A stretch of DNA of 64,000 nt from Gekko japonicus. Its lineage: Eukaryota. Position numbers and translations under genes: made by a program. How positions within the stretch are numbered: the stretch's first letter is position 1; every line of letters begins with the position of its first letter. Shown in pieces: positions 11,987 through 23,140 of this stretch. The notes below the pieces were generated by a model that was not told the origin of the DNA, made no database searches, and was given only the letters and a program-made list of their open reading frames with translations. The stretch lies in the NCBI RefSeq assembly GCF_001447785.1, contig NW_015174849.1, forward strand, positions 16,760-80,759, read 5' to 3'.

Positions 11987-12243
11987 GTGGGGAAATTCAT
12001 TACTTTTTGTTTTTATTAAGGTTGCATGACGTAGAAAGATCTGCTTAGTACCATACATGAAACCTCCACGGGAGTCTTATGAGCCTTTCATTTGAAACAA
12101 TAGTTATCAAGGTTTCTAGTAATAAGCACATGAAATGTCACATTTAATCAAATCTATATTTTATGAAGACATATATAAAATATTATTGCCAAATAATAAA
12201 TTCTAATTCCTCCAGATAATGCTCCTTGTCTTTGTGTGCATAG

Positions 12244-12370
12244 AGGCTGCCTGATTCCAGGTGTACCCCCAGCTGCCTCCCTGGACATGCGAAAGTGACC
12301 CTGGAAGGAAAGCCCATTTGCTGCTATAACTGTTCCCGGTGTAGAGAAGGAACCATCTCCAGTCAGGAAG
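12244..12370 (+). CDS. V2R exon 5 (first part of the cysteine-rich domain)
   Basis: Acceptor TAG ends 12243; [42 protein letters not shown]. 127 nt; donor GTGGGT at 12371, phase 1. Too short to appear in the ORF track. Confidence 0.93.
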
Positions 12371-12669
12371 GTGGGTGACGGGAGGACGTCCCTTTGGGTA
12401 TGGGGTAAAGAATAAGTTCGTTATTTCTGAGCATTATTCTAGAACTTTGTTGACTAGTCTAGAGGAAAGACCTGATGGGGAGAGGCTCCTGGGTAAATGG
12501 TGGTGAGTATGGAGAAAAGTTCAGCACCACCAGCTTTTGACGCTTTCAATGGCATTCATTGTTTTTAGCACAATGCCATACAGTGTGGTCCTTTATTTGC
12601 ACGGTCAGTCCTGTCAGACAAATCAAGCTTTACTGGAGTCTTGGAGCATGCAACCGTATGCATTATAAC

Positions 12670-12875
12670 CAGTGTTCCCTCTAAGCTGAGTCACTGTGAG
12701 CCAACTCACAGTTTTTTAGCCTACAGCTCACAGATTTTTGTCTTAGCTCGGGAAGGATGGCTCCAGGGCATGCTAATTTATGCAGTAGCCCAATCACTCG
12801 CTCACAACTTTAACGCCAGTAGCTCACAAAGTAGAATTTTTGCTCACAAGACTCCACAACTTAGAGGGAGCATTG
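12670..12875. mobile_element. hAT MITE family A, copy 2
   Basis: Same TIRs; exact TSD ATTATAAC at 12662-12669 and 12876-12883. Confidence 0.9.
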
Positions 12876-13542
12876 ATTATAACCCCCCCTCCCGGTATCT
12901 TCTGCAGGCTCCTTGGATCCCTGGAGAGGCATGCAGATGTCCCTTGGTACACCCCTTGATGTCACACAGGTTGTAGCTGAGTGATTTTGAGCCACTTATT
13001 ATTTCACTGGGTTGGTGTGAGGATATTGAGGGAGAATTCCATGTATTTCAAACTGAAAGGCGACATCCACATGCAATTCTCAAGTCATGGTTTTCTCCTT
13101 GGCTTCATTGTACCTCTGGGTTTCTACTGGAACACTCGGCCTTATAATGAAGCTGAGGTCTATCTGAGCCACAGGACTTTGATAGTGGCTCTCCCATAAC
13201 TGAAGGAGTTATGCTTTGATAACCCAGGAATCCCTTGGTTGTGCTGATACCAAGGATGAACCAGGAACACTGCCTTGCACAGCTTTTAATCTTCCAGTGA
13301 GCCTCTGTTCTTCCCAGATCATTCCATGTAACCGTGTTTTGACTTCATCCCATCTTTGTCTTCTATGGCTCTTGAATAATTCTGTTTGAGGAAGAAACAG
13401 CTTTCGCCACTGTAACGGATTATTCTGCCTGGGTGAAGGATGTGGGGAGAACCTTCAGGACCTCTTGGTGACATCATTAACTGCAAATTCCATTTGGGGA
13501 CATTGGTTGGGTTTGGAGTAGTGGAAACAGGCATTTAGTTGG

Positions 13543-13600
13543 TCCTCTTCTTCCTCCTTCTCCTCTTCCTCTTCTTCCTCCTCTTCGTCTTCCTCCTCCT
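13543..13600. repeat. (TCC/TCT)n polypyrimidine microsatellite
   Basis: Imperfect trinucleotide run. Confidence 0.9.
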
Positions 13601-14169
13601 TGACTGACCAATTGAAGAAGGTGCTGCTGAGAGATCGCTGTTTCCCCCTGTTGTTCAAGCTATGTTTCACCTTGTGGGAGGGGGGAGAAAGGTATTTCTG
13701 GTCATTAAGGGGAAGTCTGTGGTTTCCAGTTTGTATTTTTTGTATTTCAAAGAGTCAGGTTAGGTTTTCTGGACCTGATGCTCATCTTCCGTAGTCAAAG
13801 GACAACTATGGAGAACTAATTGCCAAGTTCTGTGGTTTCCAATTTGAAGAGGGAGAGCAGGATGAGGCACAAAGGCCTTCAGCCTCCCCCCTGTGCAGTC
13901 GTCTCAGCCCCAAACAGCCTCTTCTCTCCCTGTCCCATAGTCTTTATTGAAACTGTATCTCTGCAGCACTTGAGAAATTAGTCATATGCAGCTGACATTT
14001 GGATGTGTGACATTTTGAAGTGCCACATCTAATCTGAGCCTTCATTGGATTACCTGGTGCTGGATGCAAAACAGACAGAAAAGAAGAAAAGCCCTTTGCG
14101 GGGAATATAAAGCCCTAGCTCAGTCGATCCAGTAGAACACTTCAGTTCCTGAGCAATAATGCATTTTCA

Positions 14170-14815
14170 AGGTATTTGTGGGCTCAGTGCGGCTCACAAC
14201 ACAAAATCAACAAACAATAATAACAACAAAACAATAAATAGTCCCGGGGGGGTGGGGAGGTAGGGAATTAGTTACCTGATTAGCCGAAGGTGATAAAAGG
14301 CTGATCTGGCAACCAAAATGGCCTGGGCCCCCAAAGTAAGTGAGGAATCCAGCATCAAAGACTCCTTACCTCTGGCACTGGCACCAATGGCACCCCACTG
14401 AAGACCGGGAGCCTAATTCCCAATCCAACCCTCCCACAACTCTGTTGGTCTGTTGGATTCAACTCTAGCCGACTCTGCTGCAACCATCCAGCCACAGCCG
14501 TCAAGGCCTGGTTTAAGATATCTGGAGCGGAGTCCAGTCAGCTGTCCGTCAACAGATAGTGCTGGGTATCATTAGCATATTGATGACAGCCCAGTCCAAA
14601 TTCCTGGATCCATTGGGCAAGGGGATGCATATAGATGTTGAATAACATTGGAGAGAGGATCGCCCCCTGCAGTACCCCACATTTCAGCGGATATCGTGGG
14701 GACATCCTCTTCCCAAGCGCCACCCTCTGTCCCCGACCATGGAGAAAGGAGGAAAGCCATTGTAAAGCAGTCCACCCGTATCCCAATGTCGGCAAGGCGG
14801 TGGGTCAGTAGATCA
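14170..14815 (-). mobile_element. L2 LINE reverse transcriptase fragment
   Basis: LQWLSSFL.GRGQRV...CGVLQGAILSPMLFNIYM.PL...GCHQYANDTQ. Confidence 0.85.
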
Positions 14816-14929
14816 TAGTTGTTGTGTACCAACTGAGGACCGCACACGCGGTCGGGTTAGCATGTGTGCATGCGAAGAAGCAAAGCTTCGCATCCAGAGA
14901 CAATAGCCAGCACGGATCCTAGAGGGGAC

Positions 14930-15135
14930 CAGTGTTCCCTCTAAGCTGAGTTAGTGTGAGCTAGCTCAGAGTTTTTTAGCCTCCGGCTCACATATTTTTG
15001 ATCTTCGCTCAGGAAAGATGGCTCCAGAGCAAACTAATTTATGCAGTAGCCAAATCACTTGCTCACAACTTTAGTGCTAGTAGCTCATAAAGTAGAATTT
15101 TTGCTCAAAGACTCCACAGCTTAGAGGGAACATTG
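14930..15135. mobile_element. hAT MITE family A, copy 3
   Basis: Exact TSD GAGGGGAC at 14922-14929 and 15136-15143. Confidence 0.9.
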
Positions 15136-15492
15136 GAGGGGACCTATCAGGTAGTCAGGATCCGAGTAATGACCTATGGGATTTGGGGACACTGTAAATA
15201 ATCCTATTACAGGTGTGGGTGGGTGTTGGGTGTGGTTTGCAATGGGGATTTAAGCAGGCCTCTGGTCCTGCATATCTGTCTCAGTTTTTGCTAGCCAAAT
15301 AAACTATGAGCTGATTCACCACCAATGCATCCTGGCTCAGTATATTATAATAGTCAACTGTCAAACGCTGCTGTCAAGTCTAAAAGCAACAGCAGCGCTG
15401 ATCCACCTTGATCTATATGCCTCTGGAGATCATCTGTGAAGGCAACTATCGTAGCCAGGGTAGACACAGATCAGTTATATATGTGCTGTCAT

Positions 15493-15710
15493 TTTTGCTT
15501 CTTTTTCCTCATGAGTTCTGGGAAGTGAAGGTTTTTTTCCTCTTGTTCACACTGCTACCAGGTTGGGGGAAGTTCCCAGTAGATGCATCTAAGTCAGGTC
15601 AGAAATTTTGCTTCCTTTTTCTCAGTGGTTCTGGGAAGTGAAGGCTTTTTCCTCTCCTCCACACTGCTGCCAGGTTGGGTGAAGAGTCCCAGTAAATGAC
15701 TCTGAGTTGT
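15493..15710. repeat. Diverged tandem duplication, two units of about 110 bp
   Basis: Both units share TTTTGCTTC...GTTCTGGGAAGTGAAGG...CACACTGCT.CCAGGTTGGG...TCCCAGTA. Confidence 0.75.
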
Positions 15711-16199
15711 ATTTTGCCCTGCGCCTCCCATATGGTTGCCTTCTCCTTCCCTTTTCCCCTCCATCTGATGTTTCAGCTGCCTTCAACAGGGGCTGTGGAG
15801 ACAGGGGGAAAACAAGCTGTTCTATATAGTATCAGACCATGGGTCCATCAAAGTCAGTATTGTCCACCCAGACTGGCAGTGGCTTTCCAGGGTCCCTGGT
15901 GGAAGTCTTTCACATCAGCTCCTACATCATCCCTTAAACTGGAGATGCTGGGATTGTACCTGGCACCTTCTTCATGCAAAACATGACTCTTTCACCGAGC
16001 CACAGCTGTGACCCTCCCCAGGCCATTTGAGTGCTTGGCCTGTGTTTGCTCCATTAGTTCCTCTGACCAGATGCAGCGGAACTGGAGATTGAGCTACTCG
16101 GACTATTCCCACAGCAGGGTGAGTTTCCCAATCTGCCTTCACTCCTGTATTTTCTAGCTAAAGTCTGCTTTACGTACATTGCTTGAAGTTGCTGAAAGG

Positions 16200-16577
16200 C
16201 AGGGCTATTTTTGGGCAGGAACGCACAGGAACGGAGTTCCGGCTGGCTTCAGAGTTGGCCACGCCCACTACAGCCAAAACCTCTGCATGCGTGGCTACAG
16301 AGGGAAGGCCTGGAGAACAACACCCCCCGGTGACTTTGAAGCGGGTGGGCGGGGGGGGCGCTGGAAGGATTGGGAAGACATTTAAATGCCTCCCCCGGCC
16401 TATCCAAAGGCTGGCTTGCCTGGGCAAGCCAAGGGAAGGCATGGGGGGGTGGCCTAATATGTTGTCAGCTGTGCTGTCGGGTGTGTGTGTCCTAATATGC
16501 TAATGAGTTCCTGCTGTTGGGTGTGGCCTATGATGCTAATGAGTTCCTGCTGGGCTTTTTTTACAAAAAAAGCCCTG
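16200..16577. mobile_element. hAT MITE related to family B
   Basis: TIRs CAGGGCT.TTTTTG / CAAAAAAAGCCCTG; exact TSD CTGAAAGG at 16192-16199 and 16578-16585; shares the TATGCTAATGAGTT motifs. Confidence 0.85.
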
Positions 16578-17079
16578 CTGAAAGGTATTTTATGGCATTT
16601 TATATCCCTGGTTTTTGTTTTCCCTTTTAAAAAGTTGATATATCATCATTGATCTTATGTTGTTGGCTAATCATTTCATTGAGCTGTGAGCTGTCTCCAG
16701 TAGTTCTGTGGGAAGGTGAGAATTTCTTAATACATAAATATTTGCCATCTTTATTTTTTAGCTCTGTGCTTGTTTTTAATAGATGCACTTTTTAAACCTC
16801 TCTCTCCATTTGAAAATTTGTGTGTGGTTTTTTTTTTTTAAATTGTCTAGTGCGGTTATTTTTCTCTGGTTAAGGGAGAAGTGTTTTTGTGCTCTTGAAA
16901 TGTATTGCCTTGATAGTGGCTTTAAGCCCAATGACAGAAAGGGCAGCAAATGCCATAAATGTATAATTTTCTTATAATTCTCACCGTGGTGTATAGGTGT
17001 TATGGAATCTAAAGGAGTACAATTGTTGTGGATATGCATGAGATATGCATGATGCTAAAGTCATGCTTTTCCTTTCCAG

Positions 17080-17990
17080 ATGCAGATCGTTGCACCAAGT
17101 GCCCAGAAGATCAACATCCCAACCTGGACCACACTCAATGCATTCCCAAAGAGATTACTTTCCTTTCTTATGAGGATACTTTGGCGATTATCCTCATCGT
17201 TTTGATCCTATTCTTGTCCATAGTCACGCTTCTCATTCTAGGAATCTTTATTAAATACAGTGGTACGCCAATAGTCAAAGCCAATAACCGAGACCTCACC
17301 TACATTCTTATCATCTCACTCCTGCTTTCCTTCCTATCCTCCCTGCTATTCATTGGCCAACCAAGGAGAGTGACCTGCCTTCTCCAACAAACCACCTTCA
17401 GCACCATCTTCACAGTTGCTGTCTCTTCTGTGTTGGCGAAAACGATCACTGTGGTGGTGGCCTTCATGGCCACCAAGCCAGGAAACAGGATGAGGAAATG
17501 GCTGGGGAAGCGTCTGGCAAACTCTATCGTCATTCTGTGTTCCACTGTTCAAATTGGCCTCTGCCTCATCTGGCTGAGTATCTCTCCCCCCTTCCCAGAG
17601 TTTGATATGCACTCTCATCATACACAGATCATATGGCAATGCAACGAAGGGTCTGTGGCCATGTTTTATGGCGCCCTGGGCTACATGGGCTTCCTGGCTG
17701 CCATTTCCTTCACAGTGGCTTTCCTGGCCAGGAAGCTTCCTGGGGCCTTCAACGAAGCCAAGCTGATCACCTTCAGCATGCTGGTCTTCTGCAGCGTTTG
17801 GGTGTCCTTTGTGCCCACCTATCTGAGCACCAAGGGGAAATACATGGTAGCCGTGCAGGTCTTCTCTATCTTGGCCTCCAGTGCTGGCTTGCTGGGCTGC
17901 ATCTTCATCCCCAAATGTTACATCATTGTAGTGAGGCCTGATCTGAATATCAAGGACCATCTCATGATGAAAAGTCAAGATGGAATTTGA
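17080..17990 (+). CDS. V2R exon 6 (end of cysteine-rich domain, 7TM domain, C-terminus)
   Basis: Acceptor CAG ends 17079; [15 protein letters not shown]...[11 protein letters not shown]...SSVLAKT...CNEGS...[21 protein letters not shown]...[16 protein letters not shown]...FIPKCY; TGA at 17988-17990. Confidence 0.96.
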
Positions 17991-18672
17991 TTTCTCAGAA
18001 CAGCATTTTTCATTGTTGCAATTTTACCACATGTATTGTCTGTGAACCCACCTCACAATTGAACTCTATGATACGCTTCTGAAGAAAATTTCCTTCACAT
18101 ACATCCTGACAGATACTAGTCACAAATCATGTAGGCAAACACTTAACAGCATAGCAATGGCCACAGCTAATTTCCTTAGCATTAGTTGTTGATCTCACCT
18201 TGCCTCCCAGTTGTTTGATGGTAATCTGCCCTCACTGAATGATACAGAGCATCTAGTCTCACATATGCTTAAGAGTTGGATGGGTAGGAGCAATTGGAGA
18301 AGATTACCAGCTCTTTCTTTGATTGATTACTTTATTTAAAACATCTTTAGAATCCCTTTCCACTTGATCAAGTTCCCCAGGGCAATGAACATGAAAAGAT
18401 TAAGTATTTTGAAGAAGTTCAATCAACCAGGAGAATGAAAGGGCAGTTTTGTCTTACCCCGGCAAATGTAATTGTCTGTCTTTTCAAATGACCACCAGTC
18501 CTGACATGGTGGTTTATGTCTGTCATGTGGGATTCATCCCCTTTAAAACAGACGTATTTGAAACTCAGAGTCTCTTTTGTCTGCTGCAAATCAACACATT
18601 GACCACTAAATTACAAGACTGTATTGACACTATGAAATGATTATTTTCTCTTATAACCTATCTCTGACCGTA

Positions 18673-18678
18673 AATAAA
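18673..18678 (+). promoter_or_regulatory. Candidate V2R polyadenylation signal
   Basis: AATAAA about 680 nt downstream of the V2R stop codon. Confidence 0.35.
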
Positions 18679-19598
18679 CCCTCTGACTGAACATCGATGC
18701 ATCGATGAATGATATCGGACACAGAGAAGTCACCTCAAGCCACAAGGGAAAGGTGGGGTAGAAATGTTTTAATTTTTTACAGAGTAATCCTGTGATGTGC
18801 CTGCATTGTGGTCCCTGGCCACTGTGTAACTATGGCATTGCTAGTCCATTCCCTATGGGTACAAGTTATGCAGTGGCCAGTAGACAAAGCTGGTGGGTTT
18901 GCAGTATTTTCTGATCATTACCAGGGTAGCATCTACAGGAACCGTGCAGCAGTGGTCAATGGAGGTGTTGGAGGCAGTGGTACTATGATGGATGGGGCCA
19001 TCAGAACCAATCAGGGGCCATGTTGAAAGGGGGCGGAGACCAGCATCCATCTTAGGCAGGGGGTGGAAAGGGGCGGGCCTAGGAGTTCTGCTTGTTGTCA
19101 GGAACAAACATCCCTCACCCCCTTAATGGGACCCACTCCTGTTAGCAGATCCAGGCACTTGATAGTGGGGAAGGGGTTTGAGCTGTCTGCTCCACCGACA
19201 TGCACAGCTGCCTCAAGGCCCACACAGATCATGGGGTCCCTGAAGGGCAGAAGGAGGAGATGCCATTTCCACCCTATGCACTTGCTCACCAAAGGGCGCA
19301 CTTCACTGTAGCACAGCCACATTGCTGAGAGCACTCCCACACCACCCCTTCCAGTTGTGGAGCAGGAGAGGGGGCCACTGGGGTGGGCTGAGATGTTGGG
19401 GCAATGCAGCACCACCCTGAGATCCCCCAATTCCCTCCTCAATGGAGCAGAGGTGGTCATGGACTGGAATGACCGTCCTTCCCCTCTGTCATTCCAGTCC
19501 CAGGGCAATCAGTGCCCCGAGGCAGTCATTCCAAATCCATTCTGCATTCATCATTACATCTATGTGTAGTAATGACATAGCAAGGTACTGCATATGGA

Positions 19599-19828
19599 GC
19601 ATATGGAGCAGAGGTCCATCAGTGGCTATTAGGGGCTCTGGGGCAAGTGATGCTCTGTCTTTTGGTGCTTGGGGGGGGCAACAGTGGGAGGGCTTCTAAT
19701 GTCCTGGCTCCACTGGTGGACCTCCTGATGGCACTGGTATTTCTCGCCACTGTGTGACACAGAGTGTTGGACTGGATGGGCCTTTGGCCTGATCCAACAT
19801 TGGCATCTCTTATGTTCTTATGTTCTTA
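19599..19828 (+). mobile_element. CR1 LINE 3' end
   Basis: Reverse complement of the 4992 and 35027 copies; ends in a (TTATGTTC)n tail. Confidence 0.85.
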
Positions 19829-20109
19829 ATAGAAACAATGCATTCCTAGCTGTCAGTATGTCACCACCTCCAAAAACACAGAGTCGGCCCTCTGCATTGG
19901 CTTCCCCCTACCCTTTCACTCTTGAGACCCTGTGATCCCCTGCCCCCTCACTGTTACCTTCACAAATGTCTACCCCCTGGGTGACCCTTTTTTTAGAGCA
20001 GACACACAGTTATGAACTTCAGTTATCCACTCTATCTAAAGCAGACCTTTCTCCCTTGCGTGGCTTGCATCGTTCCCCTCTTGAACATTTTATGCTCACA
20101 AGAACCCTG

Positions 20110-20860
20110 TGAGGTTGGTTAGGATTGCCTTCTCGAGATCCAGGTCATCCTGGCTTACCAGCTTCCTCTGCAGTTTTGGTTCCCTCAGTCCCACTAGGAA
20201 CTGGTTGAGGAGTGTTTCTACAAGACTGGAGAAGGAGCACCTGGTCACATCCCGCCGCAGAGCCACCAGGAAATCTGAGGCGGTCTCGTCGGGGCCCTGG
20301 ACTTTTGCGAAAAAGTCCAGGCGCTCCACAAACTTAGTTGGTTTGGGAGCAAGGTGGTCGGTCAGCGCCTTGACCAAAGAGTTGTATGACTCGTCTTTGG
20401 TCAGCTTGGGCGCTATTAAGTCCTTAAGCAGGAGATGGGTCTCCATCCCACAGTGGCGCAGCAGGTACGCTTTTTTTATACCTGGATCCACTACGTTGTG
20501 GATGGTGAAGTGGCTCTTGAGGGTTTCCAGCCAGGTTTCCCACTGTGAAGGTTGGGAGATATCGAAAGCTGGGAGGCTCTCTGATGCGGCAGCCATCTTA
20601 CGGGTTCCATGTGGAAGCGAGCGGCGTAGATGGCGGAGCGGTGCAGGGCTGCTCTTGGGGCAGGCCCGTAGCCTGCGTGGGGCCCTGGGGGCCGGGCCCC
20701 CCTGTGGATTTTGTGGGCCCCCTCCCCCGATCTGCTCCCCCCATGTCCAGAACGTGGTCTCTGTTCAGAGGGAGATTAATCCCACCTTCGTCGCCAGTGA
20801 AAAGTATGCAGACGGAGAGTGATTTCAGCAAAGCGTACTGGATACATTACAATTGTATAT
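20110..20860 (-). mobile_element. Gypsy LTR retrotransposon 5' remnant: LTR end, tRNA-Ser PBS, gag N-terminus
   Basis: ORF 20096-20596 has a Mag/K02A2.6-like gag pattern (FD...WE.W.E....F...KKAYLL..CG...ER..F....Q...E....F...LR.....C.F). On the minus strand ...TTTTCA is followed by C TGGCGACGAAGGTGGGATT (20778-20796). Confidence 0.85.
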
Positions 20861-21711
20861 ATAGGAGTGGTTTGTTAACTTAGCATGCAAAATAGTGAGG
20901 ACACATTTTCTTTTTTTAACAGTTCCTGGTTGTCATCTGTTTTGGTTCAACTGGGGGGAAAAACAACATAGGTAATAAATATGTTAGAACTGGAGACTGA
21001 TGTGCCCTAATTTGTGAGAATCCTGTCCTTAAACCCCATCCATCTCCTTTCAAGCATGGAGCTGAATTTTACAGCATCTTGGGTGTGTAAGTTAAGTAAC
21101 AGTAAGTTAGGATCATTTTTAGATCCAAGCACATTTTCTTTCTTTCTTTCTTTCTTTTTTTTGAAGCCCCCAAAGGGGGATTTTTTTATTTTTATTTTAA
21201 CAACTACAAAAACTACTACTGTTGTTGATCTGTTGTTTATCTAAATGCTTGTCTTGCTTGGATTGGTATAGCGGGGAAGTGATGAACCTCTAAAGATGGG
21301 GAGGGGAACAAATGAGCACACACGTTTGCAATAAAGCATATCTGGTGCAGGCAATATACCTCAGAAGAGCAGAAGCAAGAGGCAAAATTTACAGTCACTG
21401 CACATTTTCAAGTTCCAGATAAATTGGCAGAAATGGGCGTTTTTTTGATAAGCTCTGCCGAGAAGAAAATAGCATAGCTTTTGCAGATAGAAAGTTTTGC
21501 CTCACCAGTGATTCAAAGTGTTTTCAAAAGGTGGAGAAGAGTGACCCTGTAAACAAAATATACTTGGGCAGGGGTGGACTCTGAAGTTAAAATGACTCAG
21601 GAGCCAGCCAAGCTGTGTTGCTCCTTCATAGGGTTGCCAGGTCCCCCCGCCCCCCGCCAGGGGAAGGGGTATAGGGTTACCAGGTCCAGGTTGGCAAACT
21701 CCTGGAGATCT

Positions 21712-22350
21712 TAGGATAGGGCTTGGGTAAAAAACCAGATTGATCTCTGTTTATTGTTTCCACTAATACTTTTTTTCAGTCTCTGTGCCAAAATTGATGC
21801 ATAAATCTTATAATCCACATTTAAAAGTGAAATCGGTCTATAATTTTTCATTTCTTTCTCATCCGAGTTATGTTTATGAATCAAAGAGATAATTGCTTCT
21901 TTCCATGTCTCTGGGATTATACCCTGTTCTCTCGCCATATTGCACATCTCCTTAAAAGTCAGTGCAATTTGTTCTTCAAACACGAGATAAAATTCTATCG
22001 GTAGACCATCCGGTCCCGGAGCTTTCCCTCTATTCTGTCTCTTTATTGCTTCAACCACTTCCATCATTGAAATTGATTGATTTAAGATTTTTCTTTACCC
22101 TTATGTAAATTTCCACAATTGATATTTTTCCAAATAGCCTTTAATTTTTTCAGTGCCCACTGATGTATGTTTTCCCATATAAGATTTTATAATATTCCTC
22201 CATTGCTTTTTTAATTTCCTCATTTCTATAAATTTCTTTTCCTTCTTTTCAATACTTTGATGAAAGTTCTTTCCTTCTGTTGCCTAATTTTGTATGCCAA
22301 CCATCTTGTAGGTTTGTTTGCATTTTCAAAAAAAAATTGTTTTGCAAAAT
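21712..22350 (-). mobile_element. L1-clade LINE reverse transcriptase fragment
   Basis: KAPGPDGLPIEFY...WKEAIISLIHK...NYRPISLLNVDYKIYASILAQRLK; upstream ENANKPTRWLAYK. Confidence 0.9.
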
Positions 22351-22651
22351 ATAGGCCCCTGCCACACGGGCAGGAAACTGCAGAGGAGAAGTGTGGCTGT
22401 TTGCCCCGGGGCAAACTAACATGCAGTAAAGCGATCAGACCTACTGTGGAGGTTCTGTGGAGGTACTGTTGGCCATCCCTATTAGAACTTTACACTTCAA
22501 AATCAGTGTGCTTATTAAACCTGTGTACTGGTGATCAGTAACTACATTTGCCAGTGAGGCAACTTATCTCTTTCTCCCCCCACCAAATATTTTTGTTCTT
22601 GTGCGAATGGTGAATATTGATATAATAAAAGGCCAGAAGGGACTTTGATCT

Positions 22652-22850
22652 GAGAGCCAGTTTGGTGTAGTGGTTAAGTGCACGGACTCTAATCTGGGAG
22701 AACCAGGTTTGATTCCCCAATCCTCCACTTGCACCTGCAGGATGACCTTGGCAAGCCATAGTTCTGGCACAGCTGTCCTTGAAAGAGCAGTTCTCGAGAG
22801 AGCTCTCTCAGTCCCACCTACCTCACAGGGTGTCTGTTGTGGGGAGGGGA
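22652..22850 (+). mobile_element. Squam3-type tRNA-derived SINE
   Basis: GAGAGCCAGTTTGGTGTAGTGGTTAAG head, GGTTTGATTCCCC B box, CCTCACAGGGTGTCTGTTGTGGGG core. Confidence 0.8.
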
Positions 22851-22934
22851 ATAAACCACTTGTATTTATTATTTAGTTATTATTTAGATGTATGAGCATG
22901 TCATGGCAGTACCACACAAACATATGGTGGTGGG

Positions 22935-23140
22935 CAGTGTTTCCTCTAAGCTAAGTTAATGTGAGCTAGCTCAAAGTTTTTTAACCTCCAGCTCGCAGAT
23001 ATTTGTCTTAGCTCAGGAAGGATGGCTCCAGAGCAAACTAATTTATGCGGCAGCCAAATTGCTCTCTCACAACTTTAATGGCAGTTGCTCACAAAGTAGA
23101 AGTTTTGCTCACAAAACTCCACAGCTTAGAGGGAACATTG
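22935..23140. mobile_element. hAT MITE family A, copy 4
   Basis: Same TIRs; TSD GTGGTGGG / GTGTTGGG (one mismatch). Confidence 0.88.

Noticed and set aside
13455-13670. Poly-Glu ORF on the minus strand
   Set aside because: Translation of a (GAG/GAA)n microsatellite; no supporting exon structure.
17346-17978. 210-aa minus-strand ORF
   Set aside because: Antisense shadow of the V2R 7TM exon.
22652-22725. tRNA genes at SINE heads (also 3980, 36528, about 55345)
   Set aside because: A and B boxes only, followed by SINE bodies; no full cloverleaf.
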